A stretch of DNA of 64,000 nucleotides from Anaerolineales bacterium (GTDB lineage Bacteria > Chloroflexota > Anaerolineae > Anaerolineales > Villigracilaceae). The stretch lies in the NCBI GenBank assembly GCA_030583925.1, contig CP129482.1:3634001-3698000 (forward strand), given 5' to 3'. The notes beneath the pieces were generated by a model. That model had not been told where the DNA came from, did no database searches, and saw only the letters and a list, made by a program, of their open reading frames with translations. Below, piece by piece: positions 45,705-54,138 of this stretch (within the stretch, counting starts at the first letter, position 1; each line of letters begins with the position of its first letter). Position numbers and translations under genes: made by a program.

Positions 45705-46505
45705 CTATTTTATCGCCTCAAACAAACCAGAATCTTTTTGAATAAAAATTTTGCCTTTGCTCTTCAATTCTTGTTCAAGTTCGCTTTCGAGCTCTGCCAT
45801 TTTCTCTCTCGATACTTCCTTGGCATGGCTAGTGGAAAGGATAAAACCGATGATCGGTTTGATTTCTGTTACTTGCAAACTATCAGGATATCGAGTCTGT
45901 GTAACCTGCAGGAAGAAAGGTTTCAACTGCTCCGAACCATTTTCCAGCGTAAACGGACTGCCAAATGAAACAAAGTCAGTTCCTGGACTTACTTGTCGAA
46001 TCCAACTAGCCATTTCTTTTAGATGGTCTTGCCCAATTGTTGTCGCAAACAAACGACCGCCTGTTTTCAACACACGTTTGATCTCGGCGATTGCCTTCGG
46101 TCTGTCTGGGACATGATACAGCATGTGATTGGCGATGACCGCGTCGAACGTTTCGTCCGCAAACGGAATCGCCTGTGCGTCGATCTCTTTGAACTGGAAA
46201 GCACGTCCAGTGACGACCAGATTCCGCCATGCCGAATCAAGCATCCCTGAGGAAAGATCCGAGAGGGTGATGTTCCAACCAGCGGGGATTCGGCTGACGT
46301 TCTCCTTCCATAAATATCCAGGACCGCATCCCAATTCCAATATCTTTGCATCCGCTGGCAGTTTCAGTAGAATGTCAAAGACCCAATTCATCCAGCCGTA
46401 GGAATTCGTACTGAAGCGTTTATGAAGCTCCACACGCGCATCGAGATTGGACGAGTCTTTATACTGATCGGTCTTGAGATAATTTTGGTCAGTAAATTTG
46501 GACAT
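45705..46505 (-). CDS. Class I SAM-dependent methyltransferase
   Basis: ILELGCGPG, SDLSSGM, FDAVIANHMLYHV. Confidence 0.88.
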   Translation of the reverse strand: MSKFTDQNYLKTDQYKDSSNLDARVELHKRFSTNSYGWMNWVFDILLKLPADAKILELGCGPGYLWKENVSRIPAGWNITLSDLSSGMLDSAWRNLVVTGRAFQFKEIDAQAIPFADETFDAVIANHMLYHVPDRPKAIAEIKRVLKTGGRLFATTIGQDHLKEMASWIRQVSPGTDFVSFGSPFTLENGSEQLKPFFLQVTQTRYPDSLQVTEIKPIIGFILSTSHAKEVSREKMAELESELEQELKSKGKIFIQKDSGLFEAIK

Positions 46506-46506
46506 T

Positions 46507-47328
46507 TTATTTCTTGATCACGATCAACGGATACTGCCCGTTCTCGGCGAAAAATTTCGGGAAGGCGCCTTCGAGCCAGAAGATAAACTTCAAAAATAAT
46601 TTTCCGCCAAACGGACGGACGAACCAGCGCAAAATTCTCGTGCTTAAACTGCGCCAGGGTTTAATTTCGATCGTCATGCGCGAGCCGATCTCTTTTTTCA
46701 ACCAGGCGGGCGTCATCTTTTGCACGAACGTCCCAGCGGGGGCATCCTCGTTGAGCCATTCTTTTTTCTTCTTCGCCGATTTGCCCGACAGCCGACGCAT
46801 CAAGCCGATCAACGGTTCCGCCATGCGACTCAAGAACGGATCATGCCACCCATTGACGATTGCCGCAGTCCGTCCGCGTGACAGCGTCCTGTGAATTTCC
46901 GCGTAGGCTTTGGGGTGCTCGCTCAGCGCGAGGTGATGGATGGCGTGCATCGAGACCGCGCCGTCGAACGCTTCGGCTTTGAATGGCAGGTTGGCAAGGT
47001 CGCCGACCACGAACAGACCGTGATCGCCGATGCGCGTCCGCGCTTCACGCAAGGCTTGGATGGAAATGTCGAGGCAGACGCGCTTCTCGTAGCCGCGTGA
47101 ATATTCAAAGTATTCGTCGTATTGCACAGGACCCGAACCCGCGTCGAGCAGAAGTTTGCCTGTGGGAATCAATCCATTCATCACGCGCAAGCGCGTCTTG
47201 TGGATGTATTCGCGCGAGACGGGGCGCAGGTCTTCGTAACGGGCGTTTTGATAATTCCCGTCATCTTCCTGCCGCCAGCCGATCTCGTCGTAAAATTCAC
47301 GGACTTGTTTTTTAGTTTCGTTTGTCAT
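46507..47328 (-). CDS. Class I SAM-dependent methyltransferase
   Basis: LLDAGSGP, CLDIS, GDLANLPF...FDGAVSMHAIHH. Confidence 0.85.
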   Translation of the reverse strand: MTNETKKQVREFYDEIGWRQEDDGNYQNARYEDLRPVSREYIHKTRLRVMNGLIPTGKLLLDAGSGPVQYDEYFEYSRGYEKRVCLDISIQALREARTRIGDHGLFVVGDLANLPFKAEAFDGAVSMHAIHHLALSEHPKAYAEIHRTLSRGRTAAIVNGWHDPFLSRMAEPLIGLMRRLSGKSAKKKKEWLNEDAPAGTFVQKMTPAWLKKEIGSRMTIEIKPWRSLSTRILRWFVRPFGGKLFLKFIFWLEGAFPKFFAENGQYPLIVIKK

Positions 47329-47343
47329 TTTTTGATTCGATCA

Positions 47344-47430
47344 TGTCATTGCGAGGAGGGTGATCTTCCCGACGAAGCAATCTCCTGAAAACTTGGGGAT
47401 TGCTTCGTCGCTTCGCTCCTCGCAATGACA
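47344..47430. repeat. REP doublet, copy 9
   Basis: tgtcattgcgaggag...gacgaagcaatctcc...gattgcttcgtcgcttcgctcctcgcaatgaca; abuts a stop codon. Confidence 0.9.
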
Positions 47431-49047
47431 TTATTTCCACGTAAACGGCTCACCAACGAGAAAACCGAACGTATCGCCAAATTGACTCATACCTTCGTCG
47501 CTCAACACTTTCTCCAACGACCACACATCCAGATCATCCCAAAAGTTCATCAGCCGCCACGGAAACGGACGCGGGTATTCAAAAAAGAAGCGATAGGCGT
47601 AGTTCCATGCTTTCGCGGTCTGCTCTTCGCTCAAACGATGCGCGGGCAAATCGGATAAAACATTTTCGAGCGCGGCAAAATAGTCGTCCCACGAGTTCGG
47701 GTCGATCGTGAAGCCGCGCCTGCGATAATGCGTGTCGCCACACACGATCACTGGGCGTCCGTTCATCGCAGTCTCGACGCCGACCGTGGTTGTATATGCC
47801 AACCCCAGATCGGCGATCTCGATTAGATCGTACGTGTTGACGTTGTCCAGCGCGCCGATGACGTGAATATGTTTTGGGATTTCGGGCAACGCTTCGCTCA
47901 CGACGGTTCCCATCGACTTCGCCTGCGGGACAAGTTTCTCGCCTGGATGCACACGCACCACTAACTGGACCTGAGGTCTGCTCGCAAAAAACTGGACCGT
48001 CCGCGTCATCCACTCGGACATCGACTCGGCGAAGACGTTTCTTCCCAACGTGAGGCTGTCTCCCAGCACGTTAGCCGCCAACAAAACGACGGGGCGGTCG
48101 TCAAGCCCCAACGATTTCTTTGTCGCTTCCGCGCCTTGCGATGAGACGTACTGCCACAGCCGCTTCGATTTTCCCCACACTCGCGCGCCGCGTCGAGCAT
48201 TTTCCAAGTCGGCGAGACGTTCGTACATCTCGTTTGTCATTGGCAATTTGCAGCGCGCTTCGACGAGATAATCCGTATCCTGCCGCATGATGGATGTGTT
48301 TTGCGCCAGCCAAATTTGTTCACGCTGGTCGTTGAATTCAAACGTCACGGCAGGGATGTTCAAATACTTTGCCACACGGAAGACGATTCCCATTTCAAGG
48401 ATCAGCCCGTTTGGAATCAAAACTACATCGGGCTTGTTGGCTTGCATCCATTCGAGGGCGGCGAGGGCGGCGAAAGTGTTGCGTTTGACGCGCAGGTCGT
48501 AGATGGCTTTGTCGCCCACGTCTGACATGTCCACTTCTTCGCGCATGAGGGTGTATTGCGCGTCCCACAGCGAGACTTCTTCGATGTCGGCGGCGAGAGA
48601 GGCGGGGAGAGTGGAGGCAGGCTTCAAATCCAAGAGAGAAACGTGCTGGACGAAAGAGGAAAGAGGAAAGAGGGCGTCGCGCGTATGAAGTCCACGCTGT
48701 CGTTGAGTCAGTTTATCCTTTTCTTTATGCCACTCAGAGTATGGAAGAGTCATCAGCGTGACTTTGTGTCCCAGCCCTGCGAGGGCGAGGGAGATGTACG
48801 CGGCTTGTTCGATCCAGTAGTGGAGGGTGGCGAAGAATAAAATATTCTTTGCTTCGTACTTCGTACTTCGTATTGGTTGTTGCAGGATTGGTTTGATGCG
48901 TTCGATGTCGCGGGGTAATGATTTTTGCAAGCGCGAGAGATTGAAGTGATCTTTGCGGGCGCGGCTTTTTTGCCGAAGCGCGTAATCCAGTTCGGCGGCG
49001 AGAGGCAGTTCGCCAAGAAAGTTGCGGAGGGAGGTTTTGTTGAGCAT
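47431..49047 (-). CDS. Capsule-polysaccharide-synthesis-like transferase (GT-B)
   Basis: LVVRVHPGE and TTTVGVETAMNGRPVIVCGDTHY resemble KpsS/Capsule_synth C-termini. Confidence 0.65.
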   Translation of the reverse strand: MLNKTSLRNFLGELPLAAELDYALRQKSRARKDHFNLSRLQKSLPRDIERIKPILQQPIRSTKYEAKNILFFATLHYWIEQAAYISLALAGLGHKVTLMTLPYSEWHKEKDKLTQRQRGLHTRDALFPLSSFVQHVSLLDLKPASTLPASLAADIEEVSLWDAQYTLMREEVDMSDVGDKAIYDLRVKRNTFAALAALEWMQANKPDVVLIPNGLILEMGIVFRVAKYLNIPAVTFEFNDQREQIWLAQNTSIMRQDTDYLVEARCKLPMTNEMYERLADLENARRGARVWGKSKRLWQYVSSQGAEATKKSLGLDDRPVVLLAANVLGDSLTLGRNVFAESMSEWMTRTVQFFASRPQVQLVVRVHPGEKLVPQAKSMGTVVSEALPEIPKHIHVIGALDNVNTYDLIEIADLGLAYTTTVGVETAMNGRPVIVCGDTHYRRRGFTIDPNSWDDYFAALENVLSDLPAHRLSEEQTAKAWNYAYRFFFEYPRPFPWRLMNFWDDLDVWSLEKVLSDEGMSQFGDTFGFLVGEPFTWK

Positions 49048-49057
49048 GATTTGTTTT

Positions 49058-49127
49058 ACCGCTAAGCACGCCAAGAACGCTAAGGTTTTTTAAAGGTTTT
49101 CTTTGCGGACTTTGCGCTCATAGCGGT
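49058..49127. repeat. 9-bp-periodic palindromic repeat variant
   Basis: accgctaagcacgccaagaacgctaag...ctttgcggactttgcgctcatagcggt. Confidence 0.6.
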
Positions 49128-49134
49128 TAATTCT

Positions 49135-50424
49135 TTAATCGATCTTTTCGATCTTCCAATTCAAGCGCGGGCGGATGGGACCCTGTCGAAGTTCGGGCCA
49201 TTGCGTGCCAGGCGCGCCTGAAATGTCCACGTTGAACGACAGCGCGTTTTCATCCATGAAATATCGCTTCACGCCGAATGAACTCGCATTCACACCGAGA
49301 TAATAACGACCCTCGTTGAAAAAATCGGCGGGGATTTCGCAACGGCTCACATAACGTCCCGCCGCGCGCGCGCCGAACTGCTCGTATTGTCCCGCGTCGT
49401 CGGTGTCGAAGGCGGTGAACACGTATTCGCCGCGCATCGTGTTGAGATACATCCCCACGCGCAGTCCCGTGAGCGGCGCGTCGAGTTGATATTCGAATTC
49501 GACGGAGACAGGTTCCGTCGAGCGGACGGTGTCTACGACCTTCCCGCTTCTTTCCCGAAGTCGAATTGACACAGGTCTAAAGGGCGCGCTCGCCGCTGGG
49601 ACATCGTCCGCCTCCCAGACGCGCTCGCCCGATTCGGCTTGACCCGAGGCGAGATAAAAATCCACCGCTTCGGGAGTCGGCGCGCGCTTGATGAGTTGTC
49701 CCTTTTTCAAGACGATCGCTTCTTGAGTCAATCGCAGAATCGCCGACATGTTGTGACTCACGAACAACACCGTGCGTCCCTGCTGCGCGACGTCGTTCAT
49801 TTTGCCGAGACACTTCTTTTGAAATTCAGCGTCGCCGACGGCAAGCACTTCGTCCACGACGAGGATCTCTGGTTCGAGATGAGCCGCAACCGCAAACGCC
49901 AGCCGCAAATACATTCCCGACGAATAGCGTTTGACAGGCGTATCAATGAATTGCCCGACCTCGGAGAACTCGACCATCTCATCGAATTTTTTGTCAATCT
50001 CGCCGCGCTTCATGCCGAGGATGGCGCCGTTCATGTAAATGTTCTCGCGCCCCGTCAATTCTGGATGAAAACCCGTTCCCACTTCGAGAAGGGAGCCGAC
50101 TCGCCCGCGCACGGACACGGTCCCTTCGGTGGGTTCAGTGACGCGCGAGAGAATCTTGAGCAAGGTGCTCTTCCCCGCGCCGTTGCGCCCAACGATGCCG
50201 AGCACTTTCCCCTCGTCGAGGTCGAACGAAACGTCTTTCAACGCCCAGACAAAGTTTTGATTATTGCGACGCTCCGATTTGCCGACCAGCGCTTTCGCCA
50301 ACCGCACAGGCGCGTAGAGTGTGTCCACGAGCACGTCGCGGAGCATGTTGTAGCGGAATTTGGTCTCCGCCGCGCCGATCTGGTATCGTTTGCCGAGGTT
50401 TGAAACGCTGATTGCGGTGGTCAT
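49135..50424 (-). CDS. wzt: Polysaccharide ABC exporter ATPase with C-terminal Wzt-C domain
   Basis: GRNGAGKST, YSSGMYLRLAF, VDEVLAVGD; start placed at MTTAIS. Confidence 0.9.
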   Translation of the reverse strand: MTTAISVSNLGKRYQIGAAETKFRYNMLRDVLVDTLYAPVRLAKALVGKSERRNNQNFVWALKDVSFDLDEGKVLGIVGRNGAGKSTLLKILSRVTEPTEGTVSVRGRVGSLLEVGTGFHPELTGRENIYMNGAILGMKRGEIDKKFDEMVEFSEVGQFIDTPVKRYSSGMYLRLAFAVAAHLEPEILVVDEVLAVGDAEFQKKCLGKMNDVAQQGRTVLFVSHNMSAILRLTQEAIVLKKGQLIKRAPTPEAVDFYLASGQAESGERVWEADDVPAASAPFRPVSIRLRERSGKVVDTVRSTEPVSVEFEYQLDAPLTGLRVGMYLNTMRGEYVFTAFDTDDAGQYEQFGARAAGRYVSRCEIPADFFNEGRYYLGVNASSFGVKRYFMDENALSFNVDISGAPGTQWPELRQGPIRPRLNWKIEKID

Positions 50425-50434
50425 AAAATTCAAA

Positions 50435-50533
50435 TGTCTTTGCGAGGAGCGTTCGTTGCGACGAAGCAATCTCCTCGCCAGATAATCACCTCTCGATGAG
50501 GAGATTGCTTCGCAACGTGCGCTCGCAATGACA
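50435..50533. repeat. REP doublet, copy 10
   Basis: tgtctttgcgaggagcg...cgacgaagcaatctcc...ggagattgcttcg...ctcgcaatgaca. Confidence 0.9.
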
Positions 50534-50535
50534 TG

Positions 50536-51378
50536 CTAGATCGTATCCGCAAAGGTTTTTTCCATACTGCGGAAATAGAACAAGCCCGAAACGAAGATCA
50601 ACACCGACACGGCGACCGAAATCCAGAACGTAAGGTCGGGTCCATTGCCGACGCCGAGGAGCGCCCAGCGGAATCCGTTGACGACGCCTGCCATCGGGTT
50701 GAGCGCGTAGAGGATCTGCCACTTTTGCGAAACGATCGAGGCGGAGTAAGCGACGGGGGTTAGAAACAGCCAAAACTGAGTCAGAAACGGGAGGGCTTGG
50801 TTTACATCCCGATATTTCACGTTGACCGCCGAAAGCCAGAGCGCGACTCCCAGCGCAGTCAGGAGCGCGAGCAAAAGGAAGAGGGGCAGAGTCCAAAGCA
50901 GATTCCAGGCGGGCGTCACTTGAAAATAAAACATCAACCCAATGAGGATGACGGATGCGATAGCGAAATCCACCAGCCCCGCGAAGACCGACGCCATCGG
51001 CAGAATGAGGCGCGGGAAATAAATTTTTGTGACCATGTTGTTGTGCGCCACTAATGAACGGGCGCCTTGATTCAACGCGGTGATAAACAAGCCCCACGGC
51101 AACAGCGCGGTGAACGAAAACACGGGATAGGGAATGCCCTCGGAGGGAAGTTTCGCCACCCTGTCGAAGAGGAAGGTGAAGACCAGCATCGTCATGACGG
51201 GTTGAATCACCGCCCACGCCATGCCGAGCAAGGTCTGTTTGTATTTCACTTTTACGTCGCGCCACACCATGAAGTAGATCAGTTCACGATAAAGCCACAG
51301 GTCGCGCAAGTTGAGCGCGGCGAGTCCTTTGGTGGGTTTGATGTAGATGATGGAGGGTTGTTTGGTGAGTTCGGTCAT
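50536..51378 (-). CDS. wzm: Polysaccharide ABC exporter permease
   Basis: RDVKVKYKQTLLG, KIYFPR, YRDV, TPVAY, LNPM. Confidence 0.9.
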   Translation of the reverse strand: MTELTKQPSIIYIKPTKGLAALNLRDLWLYRELIYFMVWRDVKVKYKQTLLGMAWAVIQPVMTMLVFTFLFDRVAKLPSEGIPYPVFSFTALLPWGLFITALNQGARSLVAHNNMVTKIYFPRLILPMASVFAGLVDFAIASVILIGLMFYFQVTPAWNLLWTLPLFLLLALLTALGVALWLSAVNVKYRDVNQALPFLTQFWLFLTPVAYSASIVSQKWQILYALNPMAGVVNGFRWALLGVGNGPDLTFWISVAVSVLIFVSGLFYFRSMEKTFADTI

Positions 51379-51386
51379 ATTTCTTT

Positions 51387-51474
51387 GTTGAAAGTCAAAG
51401 GTTGAAAGTTGAAGGTCAAAAGTGGAAAGTGGAAAGTGGAAAACCTGCGACCTTCGACCTTAAACTTTCGACCT
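51387..51474. repeat. Head-to-head heptamer arrays with no intervening gene
   Basis: gttgaaa gtcaaag gttgaaa gttgaag gtcaaaa gtggaaa x3 | acctgcg accttcg accttaa actttcg. Confidence 0.8.
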
Positions 51475-52410
51475 GTTTTCTTTGAACCACTCGATCGTTC
51501 GCCGCATCCCTTCCTCAAAGGGAACTTGCGCGCTCCAGCCGAAATATTCTTTCGCGCGGTTGACGTCGAGGGCGCGGCGCGGCTGACCGTTGGGTTTGTC
51601 CGTTTGCCAGACAATTTTGCCCGTAAAGCCCGTCATCTTCGCCGTCATTTCCACGAGGTCTTTGATCGAGATTTCGTAGCCAGAGCCGAGGTTGACTGGC
51701 TCCGAGCCGTTGTATTTTTCGGCGGCGGTGACGATTCCGTCGGCGGCGTCTTCCACGTAGAGGAATTCACGCGTCGGCGAGCCGTCGCCCCACGCGGGGA
51801 TATCCATGTCGCCGCGTTCGGTTGCTTCGACCGTTTTGCGAATCAACGCGGGGATGACGTGCGAGGTCTGCAAGTCGAAGTTGTCGCGTGGACCGAACAG
51901 ATTCACAGGCATGAGATAGATCGAGTTGTATCCGTATTGCTGGCGATAGGATTGCGACTGTACCAACAGCATCTTCTTCGCCAAGCCATACGGCGCGTTC
52001 GTCTCTTCGGGGTAGCCGTTCCAAAGTTCTTCTTCTTTGAAGGGAATCGGCGTAAATTTTGGATACGAGCAGATCGAACCGACCGCGACGAATTTTTCAA
52101 TTCCTTTTTGCCACGCCTGGTGGAGGAGCGGTACGCCCATCATCAAGTTGTCGTAAAAGAATTCGGCGGGACGCCCCATGTTGGCGCCGATTCCGCCCGC
52201 CAGCGCGGCGAGGTGGATGACCATGTCGGCTTTGAAGTCGGTTAGAACGCGTGTGATGTCTTCGGATTTGCGTAAGTCGTATTGCGAACTACGCGGCACG
52301 AAAATATCTTTTGCGCCGTGCTGTTGAAGTTTTTCGACGACGAATGAGCCGAGGAAGCCAGAGCCGCCTGTGACGATTACTTTTTTGGATTGCCAGAAGT
52401 TGTTGGTCAT
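51460..52410 (-). CDS. fcl: GDP-L-fucose synthase
   Basis: [52 protein letters not shown]. Confidence 0.92.
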   Translation of the reverse strand: MTNNFWQSKKVIVTGGSGFLGSFVVEKLQQHGAKDIFVPRSSQYDLRKSEDITRVLTDFKADMVIHLAALAGGIGANMGRPAEFFYDNLMMGVPLLHQAWQKGIEKFVAVGSICSYPKFTPIPFKEEELWNGYPEETNAPYGLAKKMLLVQSQSYRQQYGYNSIYLMPVNLFGPRDNFDLQTSHVIPALIRKTVEATERGDMDIPAWGDGSPTREFLYVEDAADGIVTAAEKYNGSEPVNLGSGYEISIKDLVEMTAKMTGFTGKIVWQTDKPNGQPRRALDVNRAKEYFGWSAQVPFEEGMRRTIEWFKENRSKV

Positions 52411-52462
52411 AGAGTTCCTTTGAAAACCTGCGCTTCGTCTTCGCTCTCTCCAAGAAGAATTT

Positions 52463-52570
52463 TCGTCCTGAGCGGAGGGCTGAGCGATTGTTGCGAAGCC
52501 CGAGATAGCGAAGCAATCTCCGACACTGCGAGGGGATTGCTTCGTCGGCTATCGCCTCCTCGCAATGACA
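52463..52570. repeat. REP doublet, copy 11 (left arm degenerate)
   Basis: ...gcgaagcaatctcc...gattgcttcgtcgg...ctcctcgcaatgaca. Confidence 0.7.
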
Positions 52571-52576
52571 TAATGG

Positions 52577-53581
52577 TTATTGCACAATAAACTGCGCGTT
52601 GCGGTAGCGCGTGTCGGTTGGGTTTTGGATTAAGCCAGACTTCAACGCGAATAACAATTCACGGATGCCGTCGTCCACGTCGAGGGTGGTGTCGAAGCCG
52701 AGGGCTTTCTTGATCTTGGCAAACGACACGGTGATGTCGCGCATGTCGCCGCCGAAGGTCAGGTCTTTGTACTCGATCTCCACTTCGGGCATACGTTTAC
52801 GCACCAACGCGACGATATCGTCTTTGGAATAATTGCCGTTATCGGTTCCGAGATTGAATATCTGCCCGCGAATTTTTGCCTGATCCGCTTCGAGACCCAT
52901 AATCACGCCGCGCGCCACGTCGCGGATGTGGACGAACGAGCGCGAGTAGCCGCGCTGATAGATGATCAGCGCTCGTTTTGTAAACGCTTCCAACACAAAT
53001 TGATTCACGATCAAATCAAAGCGTGTGCGCGGCGAAAGTCCGTACAACGTAGCGAAGCGAAACAGCAACGGCGCGGTCGAGGAATCTTTTTGGGCGAGCA
53101 AAAATTCTTCCGCCGCGATCTTCGTCTCGGCGTACAACGATTGCGGATTCAACGGCGACTCTTCGGTGACGGGTTTGCCGTCGGCGCTCAAGCCGTAGTT
53201 GCTGTAGGTGGATGCGAACACGAATCGTTCCACGCCCAGATCTACCGCCTGCCCATAGACCAATTTCGTAGATTCAACGTTGTACTTCCACGCGACCTGC
53301 TTCCCCACCGCCTGGCACGCGGGGAACCCGACGATCGCCGCAAGATGGATCACCGCGTCGGGTTTCTCCCAGTCGCTTTTGAGAGCCTCCTTCACCGCGC
53401 GCGGTTCGGTCACGTCGGTTTTCACAAAATGAAAATTGGGATGATTCAAAAACGGGACGATGGCTTCCCCGCCGAAGAGCAAAGAGTCGAGGACGGTGAC
53501 GCGGTATCCAAGCCGAAGCAGTTCGGAGGTCAGAAGAGAACCGATATAGCCCGCGCCGCCCGTTATCAAGATATGTTTCAT
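52577..53581 (-). CDS. NAD-dependent sugar-nucleotide epimerase/dehydratase
   Basis: ITGGAGYIGS, HLAAIVGFPAC, YAETK, RFATLYGLSPRTRFDL. Confidence 0.88.
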   Translation of the reverse strand: MKHILITGGAGYIGSLLTSELLRLGYRVTVLDSLLFGGEAIVPFLNHPNFHFVKTDVTEPRAVKEALKSDWEKPDAVIHLAAIVGFPACQAVGKQVAWKYNVESTKLVYGQAVDLGVERFVFASTYSNYGLSADGKPVTEESPLNPQSLYAETKIAAEEFLLAQKDSSTAPLLFRFATLYGLSPRTRFDLIVNQFVLEAFTKRALIIYQRGYSRSFVHIRDVARGVIMGLEADQAKIRGQIFNLGTDNGNYSKDDIVALVRKRMPEVEIEYKDLTFGGDMRDITVSFAKIKKALGFDTTLDVDDGIRELLFALKSGLIQNPTDTRYRNAQFIVQ

Positions 53582-54063
53582 GAGTTGCCGTCCATGTTGA
53601 GAGTCACTTTGAATCCATCCACATGAATCGTCGGAATATTTTTTTCATTCACAATGGCGACGCCTTGTTCGATGCAAGTGAGTTTGCACACGTCCACCAC
53701 ATCGCCTTTGCCGACGATGCGCACGCGCTCATATCCCGCGGCGCGGATCTTTGTGACATGTTCCTTCACGCGTTGGCGAGTCTTGCGATAGATCGAAAAT
53801 GAACGCTCGACGTAATCCACCGCGAGGCGGGCGCGCAGGGCAATGCCTTCGGGCGTGATGATGTAGCGGAGTTTCTTCCGCTCGGCGCGCTTGACCTTGA
53901 CCGCGCCTTTGGCGATGAGCCGCTTGAGATGCCAATTCACGGTTCCAACCGCGACGCCAAGCTGGGTCGCCAGCGTAGACTGATTCACATCGGGATCGTT
54001 TTCGATGTTTTCGAGCAGGGTGAGTTCACGTAGTTCTTCGTTTGTGGTTTCCATAGGATTCAT
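53578..54063 (-). CDS. Winged-helix (MarR-like) regulator of the EPS-locus type
   Basis: QSTLATQLGVAVGTVNWHLKRL...YIITPEG; start uncertain (54063 or 54054). Confidence 0.75.
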   Translation of the reverse strand: MNPMETTNEELRELTLLENIENDPDVNQSTLATQLGVAVGTVNWHLKRLIAKGAVKVKRAERKKLRYIITPEGIALRARLAVDYVERSFSIYRKTRQRVKEHVTKIRAAGYERVRIVGKGDVVDVCKLTCIEQGVAIVNEKNIPTIHVDGFKVTLNMDGNS

Positions 54064-54138
54064 CGGTTCAAAATTCAGTGGCTGAATTATAACCGAGAAT
54101 AAGGAGGTGTCAAACGAGGGATTCAACTTCTGATGAAA

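Noticed and set aside
38822-50469. ORF-track N-terminal extensions of the GT4, pseB and wzt genes
   Set aside because: The extensions translate REP sequence; downstream ATGs match family N-termini.
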